From the NCBI GenBank assembly GCA_036785375.1, contig JAWMAR010001695.1:1-64000 (forward strand): 64,000 nt of DNA, given 5' to 3'. The notes beneath the pieces were generated by a model, which was not told the origin of the DNA, searched no databases, and saw only the letters and a list, made by a program, of their open reading frames with translations. Each line of letters opens with the position of its first letter. Within the stretch, counting starts at the first letter, position 1. This stretch comes from Leucoraja ocellata. Taxonomy: Eukaryota. This document shows positions 49,119 through 62,361 of the stretch, in pieces. A program made the translations under genes and the position numbers.

Positions 49119-50290
49119 GAAAGGTCCTGACCCAAAAGGTCCTCTGTCCTTTCCCCCGACAGATGCCGCCTGACCCGTTAGGTTCCTCTAGCACTATGTC
49201 TTTTGTAGAAAATCAGCCTGCCAGGCAAGCATTGACTAGAAGGCAAGATTGTTGAATTGACAGTAAATTGGCTTAACTATGCAAGAGAAATGAGGTTGTG
49301 AATGTGGCAGAGAGGTAGGGATTCAGTGCTGTCCACTGTGTATATGAACTTCACAGACAGACTGGGGCTCTGAAACCAAGCTGCTAAAGCCACCACACGA
49401 GGTGTTGTATGTGACATGGGGTCCACTATTGCAGCACAAAGGTTATCTAATGCATACCAGTTCAGTGAACCTGAGGTTGAAGGTCATTCCCGGTCACTAG
49501 CATCAAATGCGTATTATATTTGCAACGACGCATTCAATCTGTCTCCAGAATGTAGTTCCTTGGAGAGTATAATAAGCTGCTGTCACTGTTAGTGCATGGC
49601 TGGAGCAATGTTGATAAACTGCGCACAGGGTCCATAATCCAAAGTATGGACTTTCTGGAAAGGGCTTTTTTAAAAATCTCCAATAGAACACGGAACAGCA
49701 GTACAGCAAAGGAACTGGCTCTTCAGCCCACAATGTCTGTGCCGAACATGATGCCCAGAAAATCTAGCCTCATCTGCCTGCATGTGATCCAGATCAATCC
49801 GTTTTCTGCATGTGCGAGTGCTTATCTAAAAGCCCCTTAAACGCCACTCTCGAATCTGCCTCCACCACCACCTCTGGCAGCTCGTGGCAGGAGCCCATCA
49901 CAAAATGTGTAAATAAAGTTTCCCTTACCTGCCTGCTGTAAACTTTGGCCCTCTCACCTAAAGGCTTTGCACACTAGTCTTTGACAGTTCCACCATGGGG
50001 AAAAATGTTCTGATTGTCTACCTTATCTGTACCTCTTGTCCCCTTATATATATACTTATAGGTGCATGTTCTCCCTGTGACCACAGAGCAGTCCAGTCTC
50101 TCAAAAGCAGCAGAGATGTTTCTATAAGAATAGGAAGGTAGACACAAAATGCTGGATTAACTCAGCGGGTGAGGCAGCATCTCAGGGGACAAGGAACGTC
50201 GCCCATTCCTTCTCTCCTGAGATGCTGCCTCACCCGCTGAGTTACTCCAGCATTTTGTGTCTACCTTCAATTTTAACCAGCATCTGCAGT

Positions 50291-50361
50291 CAAGAGCGGA
50301 ACTCGCTATCAAAACATGGAGGGGACCAGGGGACACAATTTTTTGGTGGCCATGCGTGCAT

Positions 50362-50445
<84 letters not shown>

Positions 50446-51240
50446 GTGCGAGGCTTCGGAGGCTCAATCCAGTGCTAAATGCAGCTCAACTCTGCCTGCC
50501 TCACCGGGCTAACTACAACCCCGTCTGGACTGACGGGATACCAGCGCTGCTTCTCCGCGTTGGCCATATTTCCCGCAAGTCCAGGAAGGGCTGTAGGCTT
50601 ACCTGGCGGGACAGGCAGAGTTGAGCTGTGTTTAGCGCTGCTTCTCTGCGATGGTTGTGGGCCTGGGGGCACCGCGCCCGTCTGACTCAATTCAATTCAA
50701 TTCAATTCAATTTATTTGTCATTTGGACCCCTTGAGGGCCAAACGAAATGACGTTTCTGCAGCCATACATTACAAACAAATAGACCCAAGACACAACATA
50801 ATTTGGACTCCCGACCAAAGATCCTATAGCAGAGGATCTTTGCTGCCGACCACTCTGGCCATCCGTGGGGGGGGGTGGGGGGGTCACACGGGACAGCGCC
50901 GGCCGGGATCGATCCTGACTGCGGATGAGGTGCAGGTCTGTGCCACGTCTCCCTCCTCCAATCACCGGACTCCATCCTCAGTCCCACCCCCCCCACTCCT
51001 CCCTCCTCCAATCATCGCGCTGAATCGTCATGTCCCGCCCTCATTGCCCGCTGCCCGACTTCTCTCTCGTCCAATTGGCGCCCTCGATCGTCAGCCCCAC
51101 CCCCACTGTCTCGCGGAAAGCGGAGATTTCACCGGGTTTTAAAATCCGGATTACAAAGACTTGGGGGGGATGGCTCCCACCTTTCAAAACATGGGGGGGA
51201 TGTGTCCCCTCTGGCCCCCCCCCCCCGGGTTTTCTGCCCG
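50291..51240. mobile_element. Non-autonomous hAT-like DNA element (~950 bp, GC-rich)
   Basis: 8-bp TSD tctgcagt at 50283-50290 and 51241-51248; degenerate termini; subterminal tcaaaacatgg(a/g)ggg near both ends. Confidence 0.65.
50365..50439. repeat. (CA)n microsatellite
   Basis: Direct reading. Confidence 0.95.
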
Positions 51241-51689
51241 TCTGCAGTTCTTCCCTACACTTTCTATAAGAAGAAGTCTCTGCATTTCCTTGGAGCTGCT
51301 CCCACTTTCCCAGTTTAACTTGCCAAAAATCTAGCTGGTGCATAATTAAGCTGTCACCTCAGATTGATAAAAAGTCAGCTTTCAAATGCATCAATAAAGG
51401 AATGGTAGTGAGGGGTGAAAGGCACTTAGTTTGGCATGCACAATGCACAAGATTTTCACACTTCATGCCTCCAATTTCCCATCTGTTGTGGACGGGAAAG
51501 TGAAGCCGAGCCGACTGCAAGTTGGCAGCATGCCATCTTAGCAGGCACCAAGGAATAATGCAACAGAACTTTAAACCCTGCAACTTAGGGGATGCTGTGG
51601 GTTCACCAAAAGGCAACAACTCCCCTCAAGTATCTCCCACCAGATTGAGTTCACAACGAGAGCGTTGCAACTTCAATTGAAGTGCAGAC

Positions 51690-51888
51690 ACTAGAAACTG
51701 CAGATGCTGCTTTACAAAAAAAAAAGACACAAAGTGCTGGAGTAATTCAGCAGGTTAGGCAGCATCTCTGGAGAATATGGATAGGTGATGCTTCACAAAA
51801 CGTTCTCTGGAGATGCTGCCTGGTCCACTGAGTTACTCTAGCACTTAGTGTCTTTTTCTGTAAAGCAGCATCTGCAGTTCCTTGCATC
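51690..51888. mobile_element. Fold-back PLE-terminus insertion
   Basis: Inverted arms aactgcagatgctgctttaca / tgtaaagcagcatctgcagtt. Confidence 0.8.
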
Positions 51889-53584
51889 CAAAGGTCCTCC
51901 CATAAACTAGGATCCTATCCAATTCATCTCTACCCGATTGAGGATATTGGCCTTTGTCTATGGAACTGAAGCGCTACAATGCTGAGCACTCTATTCTGCA
52001 CTCTGTATCTTCCCCTTTGCTCTATCTATTGTATTCAAGTTTGATTTGATTGCTTTTATACATGGTGTAAATACAAGACAAAACTTTTCACTGTACGTCA
52101 ATGTATGTGACAATAATAAGCCTAAACCAGTAATATTTTGTGGAATAAAAACATTCATCATTTATGCTTTAAATTAAAACACCTTCCGTTGATCACAGTG
52201 CAGCAGCTGATCCTACCTCTCAAAGAAGCTGCAGGTCATTTCATCTCACCACTTTATTTTTGTGCTGAGGTTTCTTTGAGCCATATAAGTATGAGATTAT
52301 TTTCTCCTTTTACTTCCCACTGTGATACAGGCTACTTGTTTCCCAGTGTCTTTGTAAGAGTTTTATTTCCAACATCGAGTAAAAAAAGACGCAAGGTGCT
52401 GCAGTAACTCAACGGGTCAGGCAGCATCTCTGGAGAACGTGGATAGGCGGCCTTTCGTGTTCGAGACCCTTCTTCAATATCTATGGTTCAGGGTCATTTC
52501 ATAGTTTATGTCTGACCTTTTAACCTTTCAGATAATCTCCTAATCCCTGCCCTTCTGAGGCTTTCCCCCATCTTGAGTGAATTTGGTTCAGTCATAGAAA
52601 CATAGAAAATAGGTGCAGGAGTAGGCTAGTCACTATATTAGCCGACCGTGCATGTCAGTCAGCCTGCCGTGGTTATATTGGGATTGCAGTACCTTCGTGA
52701 GTATTAAGTGAAGTCTAGGAGGTGCCTCGTCGAGATTAGTAAGCACTCTCCCCTTCTAAATGAAATTCCACTGAACAGTGTCACTTCTCAGAGCGATGAA
52801 TCTTTGGCTTGCCAGTCAGATTGAAGCCAGGCCCAGCTAAGATTGAAAAAAATTCAACTTCTCCATCAAAGTGCAGAGATTAAGAAGCAATCTTAGAGTT
52901 CCTCTGACCCATCAAATCCAAGACAAAGTTATAAACGCAAAAGCTGCGTTCCCAACCACCCCGGGACACGGGACGTGTGTTTATTCTTGCTTTGAGTTTC
53001 CTGCCAGACATAGAAGTCGTGACAACCTACAGCAGGCATCCTGGAGCACTGAAGACCCCCACCAACACTCTCCTGGCAAAATCCTACCAGTGCATTGGCA
53101 GGATAAACAATTTAATGAGAGCCTCCTCTTCCAGGATAACATTCCCTGCACAATGTTCAGATCACACTTGTGGAATTCTTTGCCACAGAAGGCTGTGGAG
53201 GCCATGTCAATGAATATTTTTTAAGGCAGAGATAGATAGATTTTTGATTAGGTTAGGAGGGAGAGATAGACCAGCCATGATTGAATGGCGGAGTAGACTT
53301 GATGGGCCGAATGGTCTAATTCTACTCCTATTACCTATGACCTTATGACACTTAACCCTCAGCTTAGTGGAAGGAATCCAAACCACCCTCTCACCATCCT
53401 GTCAGTAACCACCTAGAGTACTCCACCTGTGGCAGGGCGTGGGGCCCATGTTGTGTGACATTGTGCTTCACAGGGGGTCTGCTGAACATAGTTTAATGTC
53501 AAGCTGCAGGTGGATGGGCGACAAGAAGCTCATAAACACAGACAGGTCTTGAGGAGACAGAAGGTGGAATCTCTGGCACTGTTA

Positions 53585-53812
53585 ATGCCCCTGTCCCACT
53601 TAGGAAACCTGAACGGAAACCTCTGGAGACTTTGTGCCCCGCCCAAGGTTTCCGTGCGGTTCCCGGAGGTTTTGGTCAGTCTCCCTACCTGCTTCCACTA
53701 CCTGCAACCTCCGGCAACCACCTGCAACCTCCGGGAACCGCACGGAAACCTTGGGTGGGGCGCAAAGTCCCCAGAGGTTTCCGTTCAGGTTTCCTAAGTG
53801 GGACAGGGGCAT
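53585..53812. mobile_element. Young palindromic MITE inserted in a HE1 SINE head
   Basis: ~85-bp near-perfect inverted arms atgcccctgtcccacttaggaaacctgaacggaaacctctgg...; flanked by TA on both sides. Confidence 0.9.
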
Positions 53813-54789
53813 TAGGCAGCAGCACCACCGCTGAGCCACTGCGCCACCCTCTTTGAATAAGCTCTTCAAAGTCAGGGTGTTGCAAATCAAAGGACAAATG
53901 AGGTCAGCAAGCACAAGCACATGCCCACCTATCAACTTAAAGTCAACCAGCATGGGAACCGGCCCTTCAGCCCAACCTGTCCACGCCAACCAAGATGCCC
54001 CATCTAAGCGAGTTCCATGTGACCACGTTCGGCCCACTTCCCTCTATACCTTTCCTATTCACATACCAACTTCAATGTCTTTTAAATGTTGTTATAGCAC
54101 TTCCTATAGTACTACGTCACCTGGCAGCTCGTTCCATATACCCACCACACTCATTTCCTAACCATTTCTAATGTCTTGCAATTTTGACCCACGGGCACAC
54201 GAAATGTTAAGCTAAACTGTTGAAGGGCTCATACCCTCTGGTATATTATGCGTGTAATTTTATTTGTAAAATGATGTATACGCTTTACAATCTTGTAGCA
54301 TCTTAGAGAAACCACGACATGGGTGAAATGGTTATTTTGCGAATGAATTGATCCTTTCACCTTAAATGTTACAGTTCATCTAAAATCAAAACCCATCTTA
54401 ACTATTGCACGACATGATCAGGCTTCTGAATATAAAAACCAATGGGAAAACTATGATAAGCAGTCCCTGTTATCCATCATTTCTCAATGCAGATTTCTTT
54501 TGCTTTGGTCGGCAGGGTTTGGCAACATGAGCCTGAGCTAAATTGTAGAAACATGGCGCAGCATTTACATTAAATAAATATTTTTTACGCCGTTGATCAT
54601 CCCGTGTGCCTGTGAGACGTTCCTTGAGCTCTTCATCCTGACCTTGTGGAATTTCCCAGCGCCGCTGAGCATCGGAGCACTCCGGGCTGAACTCCGAGCT
54701 GTCATTTCAATAATGGAGAGACATGCGGGCAAGCTGTGCGGAGGGGCCAAAAAGCTAAAGACTTCTGGAATTGCCCAGTGGGTCAGGCA

Positions 54790-55190
54790 GCACCTGTGGA
54801 GAAAGATCCACCAACACTTAAAGCAATTCTTAAAGATATGGTCTCCTTTCATCGATTTATTACAAGTATAATATGGTGCAACATAACTCTGGAAATTAAC
54901 TGTTTCAGAACAGTGAGGGGTGTGGAAAGATATGAAGTAGGTAAATCCCTTTTCTTTTCTGTTCTATTTTATTCTTTTTTTTTCCTTTTTCTTTTTCTTT
55001 TTCCTCTCTTTTTTCCTCTTTTATTTTATATCTTTATGGGTTCTTTCTCTCTATCCTTCCACAAACTATCCTGGAGTGGTACTCCATGGGTTTACACATC
55101 ACTACTTTCCTTAATCTTCTCTTTTCTCTCTTTTTTGTGCTTCTGTTATATATATTTTTTTAAATAATTTAAAAAAAATTTAAAAAAGAA
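54790..55190 (+). mobile_element. L1-clade LINE 3' end
   Basis: ORF2 terminus QFLKIWSPFIDLLQV* (stop at 54871), T-rich 3' UTR, A-rich tail. Confidence 0.7.
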
Positions 55191-55289
55191 CCACCGACAC
55201 TTGCGTAGCTTTTCAAATTATTAACCTACCCTAGTAATAAACACCGAGGTACTGGAATGTGTTTCAATCCTCTGTCGCTCAGAATAATA

Positions 55290-55600
55290 TCTAGAGCTGT
55301 GGGGCAGCGTAACAGTAAAGCTGCTGCCTAACAGTGCCAGAGACCTGGGTTACACCCTCATTATGGGGGCTGTCTGTATGAAGTTTGCACGTTCTCCCTG
55401 TGACCGTGTGGGTTTTCCACTGGTGCTCCGGTTTCCATCCACACTCCAAAGGCGTACAGGTTTGTAGGTTAATTAGCTTTGGTAAAATTGTAAATTCTCC
55501 CAAATGTATAGGATAGTGCTAATGTACAGGGTGATTTCTGGTTGGTGCGGACTCGGTGGGCCAAAGCACCTGTTTCCATGCTGCATCTCCAAAGTCTAAA
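55290..55600 (+). mobile_element. HE1-like SINE
   Basis: V-core and tail. Confidence 0.8.
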
Positions 55601-56139
55601 GAGCTATTAATAAAGAGAAAGCAGGGATTTAGTTGGGAATATGTTGGAAAATGTAGTCTGCTTTATCATAGGTTAGTGATGCAACAAGGTGACATATCGT
55701 TTGGAGCAACTTACTGGTGATGTCAAGTCAAGTCAAGCCAAGTCAAGTTTATTCGTCACATACACATACGAGATGTGCAGTGAAATGAAAAGTGGCAATG
55801 CTCGCGGACTTTGTGCAAAAAACAAACAAACTACAAACAGAATGGACCAGGATCACATATTTTACATATTAAATATTGTGGGCGGAAGGTTCTTGGTTAA
55901 ATGAGGGACCTTTGGCAAGATCTTGTATGAGGACACACAGGGCAAGCGTTGGCAGAGAAGGCCAAGACTCATGCTCCTACTCTGGACTTCAGGCCGAGTG
56001 ATGACCTGCTTTGTGTCAAGTTAGCCTTGCATTGCAAATCTAAGCTCCAGTGAAAACTGCATCAACTTCTCATCAGCACGACAGGGCTCTGGATGGCATC
56101 AAGATACGTGACCTTCCCTGCTTTAGCTGAACATCACCA

Positions 56140-56412
56140 GGCAGCATAGTGGCGCAGCAGGTAGAGTTGCTGCCTCACAGCATCCGAGACCCAGGTTCGA
56201 TCCTGACCTCGGGTGCTATCTGTGTGGAATTTCAACGTTCTCCGTGTGACCACATGAGTTTCCTCCCACATTCCCAAGATCTGTGTGTTTGCAGGTTATT
56301 TGGCATCTGTGAAATTGCCCTGAGTGTGTAGAAGCGGGATAACATGGAACTGGTGTGAATGGATGATCGGTGGTCAGTGTGGACTTGGTGGGCCAAAGGG
56401 CCTGTTTCCATC
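56140..56412 (+). mobile_element. HE1-like SINE
   Basis: A and B boxes, V-core. Confidence 0.8.
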
Positions 56413-57434
56413 AATTGGACAATCGATCAATCTCATATGCCTGTGGGTTAAAATTGCAAGCAATTAGAAATGATTAGGAAATGACTGATTAAGTAACATG
56501 TTCACATTTAAATGCCACCCACTTGGTTTCCACAGATCTGCTCGTATTAAGATCTAATACCAGGTATCGATCAGAATGGTTAATCACTGTAGGAAAACTA
56601 CAGATTGATGGTTTAGGATCTTATCTGGGTCAAGGAAACCATTTATTATCCTCAATCAATCTGCCCTTAATTGGTCCCTAATTGGCCAACTCAATGCAAC
56701 CAGGCACAAATTAATCCTTAATTATTTTATTGGATTCCATGTCAACTGCCTTGGAGCAAGTATTTACCTCTAATTGCTGAAGATTGGATATCTCATTATC
56801 ATCTATTACACACGGATATATATGTATTTATAAAACATGTAATTGAATATCGATAATTGATAAGGCTGGAATGTCCTCAGTCTAATGAGATGGATCTAAC
56901 AGTGTAACATTGAGTACTAATTGAATCTAGTGGTTACAGTCACCACTGGTAAAGACTTCATGTTGCTACTTCACAAGAAACCAGGTGATTACGGTTTAGG
57001 TCGGTGAGTTAGTCTAAAGTCTCACCACTTTATTCCTGCTGCTGCAGTTCAGGTCAACATAGCATGGGATGGTCGACTTGCCTCATGTGCGCTTGTAGGT
57101 CATGGTCCTATTGCGCAGCTTGGATCTCTGCACGATTGTAATGCAGAAATGCTGCACACCAGCCATTGCTACCTGACTCAGTGGTGGGCACTCACTTCAG
57201 TTATTTGCAGGTTGAGCAGCCTGTGCCCTCGTACCGTGTGTTAAATCACAGCACAGACTGTGAATGAAAACTGTTGATTGATTCCTCACATTCCCAAATA
57301 ACATGGAAGGAGGCCTTTCAATTCCCATTATTCCCATTTCCCCAATTATGTCATTTAGCTTCAGCTTTAATGGATCCGTCATGAGTGAATGGCAGATTAA
57401 TCATGAGAGGCCAAATGGCCTGTTTCTGCTATTC

Positions 57435-57680
57435 CCTTCACACTAGTTCGATGTTATCCCACTCTCGCATCCACTCCCTACACACTAGGGGCAATTCATA
57501 GAAGCCAATTAACCTATAAACCCACATGTCTTTTGGATGTGGGGGGGGGGGGGGGGACTGGAGCAAACCTGTCACAGGGAGAACGTGCAAACTCCACACA
57601 GACAGCACCCGAGGTCAGGATCGAGCGGGGTCGCCGGCTCTGTGAGATAGCAGCTCTACCAGCTGTGCCACTTTGCCACC
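57435..57680 (-). mobile_element. HE1-like SINE
   Basis: V-core and head on minus strand. Confidence 0.75.
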
Positions 57681-58444
57681 TGTGGCCACAGCCTGACAAT
57701 TTGGTGGCATGGGTTATTTGGTAAAATCAAATCATGCCTAGGACATAGAATGTAGGAGCAGAAATAGGCCATTTGGCCTCTCGTGGTTACTCTGCCATTC
57801 AATCATGGCGGATCCTATTTTCCACCTCAACCCCAGTCTCCTGCCTTCTCCCCGTAACCTTGGTCACCCTTACTAATCGAGAGCATATCAATACTCAATG
57901 TCTTGGCCTCCACAGCTGTCTGTTGCAATGAACTCCGCAGATTCACCACAGAGATTGACCGATTCTTGATTAGTGTGGGCGTCAGGGGTCATGGGGCGAA
58001 TGCAGCAGAATGGGGTTGAGAAAGAAAGATAGATCAGCCATGATTCAATGCCAGAGGAGACTTGATGGGGTGAATGGCCTCATTCTGCTCCTAGAAATTT
58101 TGAACATCAAGGATTGGCCACTTGGCTGATAGCAAGTCAGGGAACCAAGTCTGAGTCTGACGCTGGAACTGTGGACTGTAGATCGATCAGCTATCATTTA
58201 ACACCACATGGATTGCATTTAGAATTATCACCCACTGATAGCCAAGCTACCACAGTGAAGACCAGCTGATAAATCAGTGGCTGATCAAATAAAACCCAGC
58301 TAGTAACACCACACACCATATTCATCCCCAGGGAAGTCATTTTTCCTTTTGATCTTTATCGGTTGTTCTCGACAGTAGCATAAAAGAAATATATTAATGA
58401 ACGAAAATAAACGGCATCTTAAGGACAGGACTGAGCTTGGACAC

Positions 58445-58730
58445 AGGACAGGGTGGTGCAGCGGTAGAGTTGCTGCCTCACAGCGCCAGAGGCAGGGTTC
58501 AATCCTGACTACAGGTGCTGTCTGTCTGTCTGTGCGGAGTTTGTACGTTCTCCCCGTGACCTGCGTGGGTTATACCCGGATGTCTCGGTTTCCTCCCACA
58601 CTCCAAAGACGTACGGGTTTGTATGCTAATTGGCTTTGTAAAATTGTGAATTGTCCCTAGTGTGTGTGTGTGTTAGTGTAAGAGGATCGGTGGTCGATAG
58701 ACCTGTTTCCTCCACCCTATCTCTAAACTG
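58445..58730 (+). mobile_element. HE1-like SINE
   Basis: A and B boxes, V-core. Confidence 0.8.
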
Positions 58731-58803
58731 TAATAAGACACTTAGAAACAGAGACAATAGGTGCAGGAGGAGGCCATTCGGCCCTTCGAGCCAGCACCGC
58801 GAC

Positions 58804-58836
58804 CTTCTTCTTCTCGCGTATGGCGTGCGCAGCCTA
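58804..58836 (-). mobile_element. Very short RTE-type LINE 3' tail
   Basis: Minus strand taggctgcgcacgccatacgcgagaagaagaag with a (GAA)n tail. Confidence 0.4.
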
Positions 58837-60732
58837 GATCAAGGGTAGACATCCAGGCCAGGACAGCATCAGTTACTGGGTGCCCCCAGGGAAAAGCCTC
58901 AGTGGGCAGTCATTCACGATGTGTGGGATGGTCTAGTCTGGATGTCCGCAGTCGAATACAGGGCTGTCTGTCATCTCCCATTTATGTAGGTGATGGGCTA
59001 TTCTTGCATGGAGGGTGCGGATTCTGCACAGGGTCGGCCTTTGCTTGCGATGGAGGTCAAAACCCGATGGTTTCACAGTGGGGTCTGTGTTGAACAAACC
59101 AAGTCAGTGGTCCAATTGTGGAGTTCCTGTCTCTGTACCTCCATCGTCTTTAAAAACCCCAAATTGCAAATTAAAATGTTGATGGGTCCTTGAAAATTGT
59201 AGTTGAATATCTGTGTTTAAAAGATTATGTTTAAGTGCACAATCATTTTTGGATCACTACATTTTATGCTTACACTCATATGAGGCAGAGTTATGCATTC
59301 AAATACATAACGTGATAAAACGTCATTCAAGATATTACTTATGAATCATCTGCCCATTGTGTGCGTTCCGTTAATATTCAGTGCTGCCTTTGAAAGCAGT
59401 TTTCAAGAACACCACTGGTCAGTTTTTTTTAACAGATGTTCTTATCACCATTCACAGTGTGCTGTGTTTATGATGACAGTATCAGTCATGTTTTGTGTAT
59501 CCTGAATTCTTAAACAACAAGATTTATTGGCAAGATGAAGCTGAGATTTTTTTGTTCAATGGCCAGCCCTTTATTATTCATTAAACACGTACCAATCAAT
59601 ACTGCACGATAAGTCAAATAAAATGTAGATGCCAGGAACTGCAGATTCACTAAAAAAGACACAAGGTGATGGAGTAACTCAGCAGGTCAGGCAGCATCTC
59701 TGGAGGACATGGATAGGCAACGTTTCAAGTCGGGATCCTTCATCGCAGAGTAAAATATAATGATGGGAGGAAATCAATTATTAACTTTAAGCAGAAGGGA
59801 TAAAGAAGGGATAAAGTAGGCAGTATGGTGTTGGCAGAGAACCTGGATCGATCCTGACCTCTACACATTCAGTGTGGACATGGCACATTCTCCCTGTGAT
59901 CCAGTGTGTTTGCCCTCATTACTCCAGTTTCCTCCTCATGTTCCAGAGAAGAGGTGGTTGTCGGGTTAATTGTAGATTACCCCGAGAGTGATTAGATGGG
60001 AGGAGAATCAGGAAATGGACATGTGAAGGAGAACAGGCCATGGGGACATTAATGGAAATGCTCTGAGTTAGCATGGGCTCAATGGGCTGATTGGCCTCCT
60101 TGAGTACATGGAATGGGAACTCCACAGCACACAGAGATTTTCAGTGCAAACATTTGTAAGTGATGAGATCTGAGATGCAGCAAATCAGATTAAAATCAAG
60201 TGAATTATCTGAACTCATGAGAAAAGAAAAGTTAGCCAAACTCCTTGAAGCAAATGGATTATGAAAAGTAAGTTGTAAAGACGACTCATTGACAATATAG
60301 TCTAGTAAATTAATTCAACTTCTTCACAACTCGCAATAAAAGCTTTTCACGGTACCTCGGTTCCCGTGACAATAAACTAAACTAAATTATTTTAGTCAGG
60401 AATCACAACATTTTAAAGGAGTCCGAACCATAGAGAAACATCTATTATAACGATATGTTGCTGGCGTTAGCTCGTTGAATTTCCCACTCGCTGTTGCTCC
60501 AGTATATCTCTCATTCACAATAACTCATCTCCGCACTGAGTCAAACTGCCCGGCCACAAGCTGAGACCCTCAGCTGGTCTCTGCCACATTGGCAATAACA
60601 TCTGTAGTCTGCACCCCTCCCCTCAGTCCATACACAGGACAGCTTTGTGCATGCCTGCTCGCGCAGAAGTCCTGTTTCCGGCACATATCCTATCACCCTA
60701 TGGACTACTGTAATAGAGTCAGACAGTTCGGA

Positions 60733-60950
60733 GTTTAGTCTAATTTAGGGATACAGGGTGGAAGCAGGCCCTTCGGCCCAACGAATCCGCACAAACTAGC
60801 GATCCCCGCACACTAACATTATCCTACACACACTAGGAACAATTTGCATTTATACCAAGCCAATCAACCTACAACCCTGTACGTCTTTGGAGCGTGGGAG
60901 AAAACCGGGGCACCCAGAGAAAACTCGCGATCACGGGGAGAACGTACAAA
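60733..60950 (-). mobile_element. HE1-like SINE, head missing
   Basis: Tail and V-core. Confidence 0.8.
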
Positions 60951-61323
60951 CATAGAAACATAGAAACATAGAAATTGGGTGCAGGAGTAGGCTCGAAGGG
61001 CCGAATGGCCTACTCCTGCACCTAATTTCTATCATTCTATGTTTCTATTCGGCCCTTCGACACAGATTTTCACACAGAGAGTGGTGAATCTCTGGAATTC
61101 TCTGCCACAGAGGGTAGTTGAGGCCAGTTCATTGGCTATATTTAAGAGGGAGTTAGATGTGGCCCTTGTGGCTAAGGGGATCAGGGGGTATGGAGAGAAG
61201 GCAGGTACGGGATACTGAGTTGGATGATCAGCCATGATCATATTGAATGGCGGTGCAGGCTCGAAGGGTCGAATGGCCTACTCCTGCACCTAATTTCTAT
61301 GTTTCTATGTTTCGAGCCTGCAC
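60951..61323 (+). mobile_element. CR1 3' fragment with rearranged extra tail copies
   Basis: FFTQRVVNLWNSLPQRVVEASS at 61067-61220; tail pieces in both orientations at 60951-61060. Confidence 0.85.
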
Positions 61324-61334
61324 TGATAAGTCTC

Positions 61335-61610
61335 CTTATCTCCTTTTCATCTCTGGCCTTTGTCCACTCGTCCCAAAACCCTAACTCTAACCACCCCTCA
61401 CCTGCATCCACCTATCACTTGACAGGCTTTGCCCCATCTCCACCTCTTTTCCAGCTTTCTCCCCCCACCACCACAATTAGGCTGAAGAAGGGTCCCGACC
61501 CAAAACGTTGCCTATCCATGTTCTCCAGGGAGGCTGGCTGGCCCGCGGAGTTACTCCAGCACTCTGTGTTCCACACAAGATTCCAGCACCTGCAGTTCCT
61601 TGCGTCAACA
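61335..61610 (+). mobile_element. PLE 3' UTR and terminus
   Basis: Pyrimidine-rich UTR, ctgaagaagggtcccgacccaaaacgtt at ~61482, then the standard tail. Confidence 0.75.
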
Positions 61611-62032
61611 CTTATAATTACGTAGCTCTTACCCTTGAGAAGGCCCCAACCTTTTGTCATTGTGCCGTCTGCTGTTCCACGCTTCCTGTGGTTTGTATCT
61701 TTCTCCTTGAAGCAATCTTTTGTAAAGCCTGTTTATCATTCAACAGTTTATCAGAGAAGTCTGTGCAGTCCTAGTCAAAATGTACCCGTATATACAAAGT
61801 AGCCTTCAATGGTGGAAGCAGTGAGATGTGGCCTGACTGTGTTCATTATTGAAAGGACTTGGTCACTGACAACACTGATGCTTCATAGACACAATATCAA
61901 CTCACTTGTGCCTCAGTTGCCAGTCAAACCCAGGGAAGAGATACACTGCATCGACTTTCTCTGTGTTCCAATCGGGAATCAGCGGGGAGATTGTTCGTTT
62001 TGCATTTGCTTATTCAACAAAAAGACACTTGG

Positions 62033-62325
62033 GATGGCACAGTGGCACAGTGGTCAAGTTGCTGCCTTACAGCGCCAGAAACCGAGGTTCGATCCTGATA
62101 TAGGTGCTGTCTGTATGTAAGTTCTCCCCGTGACCACGTGGGTTTACCCCAGGTGCTCCGGTTTCCTCCCACACTGCAAAGATGTACACAGGTTTGTAGG
62201 TATATCGGCTTTGGTAAAAGATAGTTAGTTGTCCCTAGTGTGTAGGATAGTGCTAGTGTATGGGATTGCTGGTCGGGGCAGACTCGGTGGGCTGAAGGGC
62301 CTGTTTCTGCGGTGTATCTCTAAAA
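62033..62325 (+). mobile_element. HE1-like SINE
   Basis: B box ggttcgatcc, V-core, tail. Confidence 0.8.
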
Positions 62326-62361
62326 GCTCAAAAAATAAAACTATTTTTAGCCATTAAAGTG

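Larger units (their letters stand above)
50131..51260. mobile_element. Fold-back PLE insertion split by a hAT-like element
   Basis: 12-bp TSD tttctataagaa at 50119-50130 and 51261-51272. Confidence 0.8.

Noticed and set aside
50157-50624. His/Thr and Cys/Val repeat ORFs
   Set aside because: Translations of the (CA)n microsatellite.
54593-54871. 92-aa ORF as a host exon
   Set aside because: Its only recognisable part is the L1 ORF2 terminus; the upstream part has no coding evidence.
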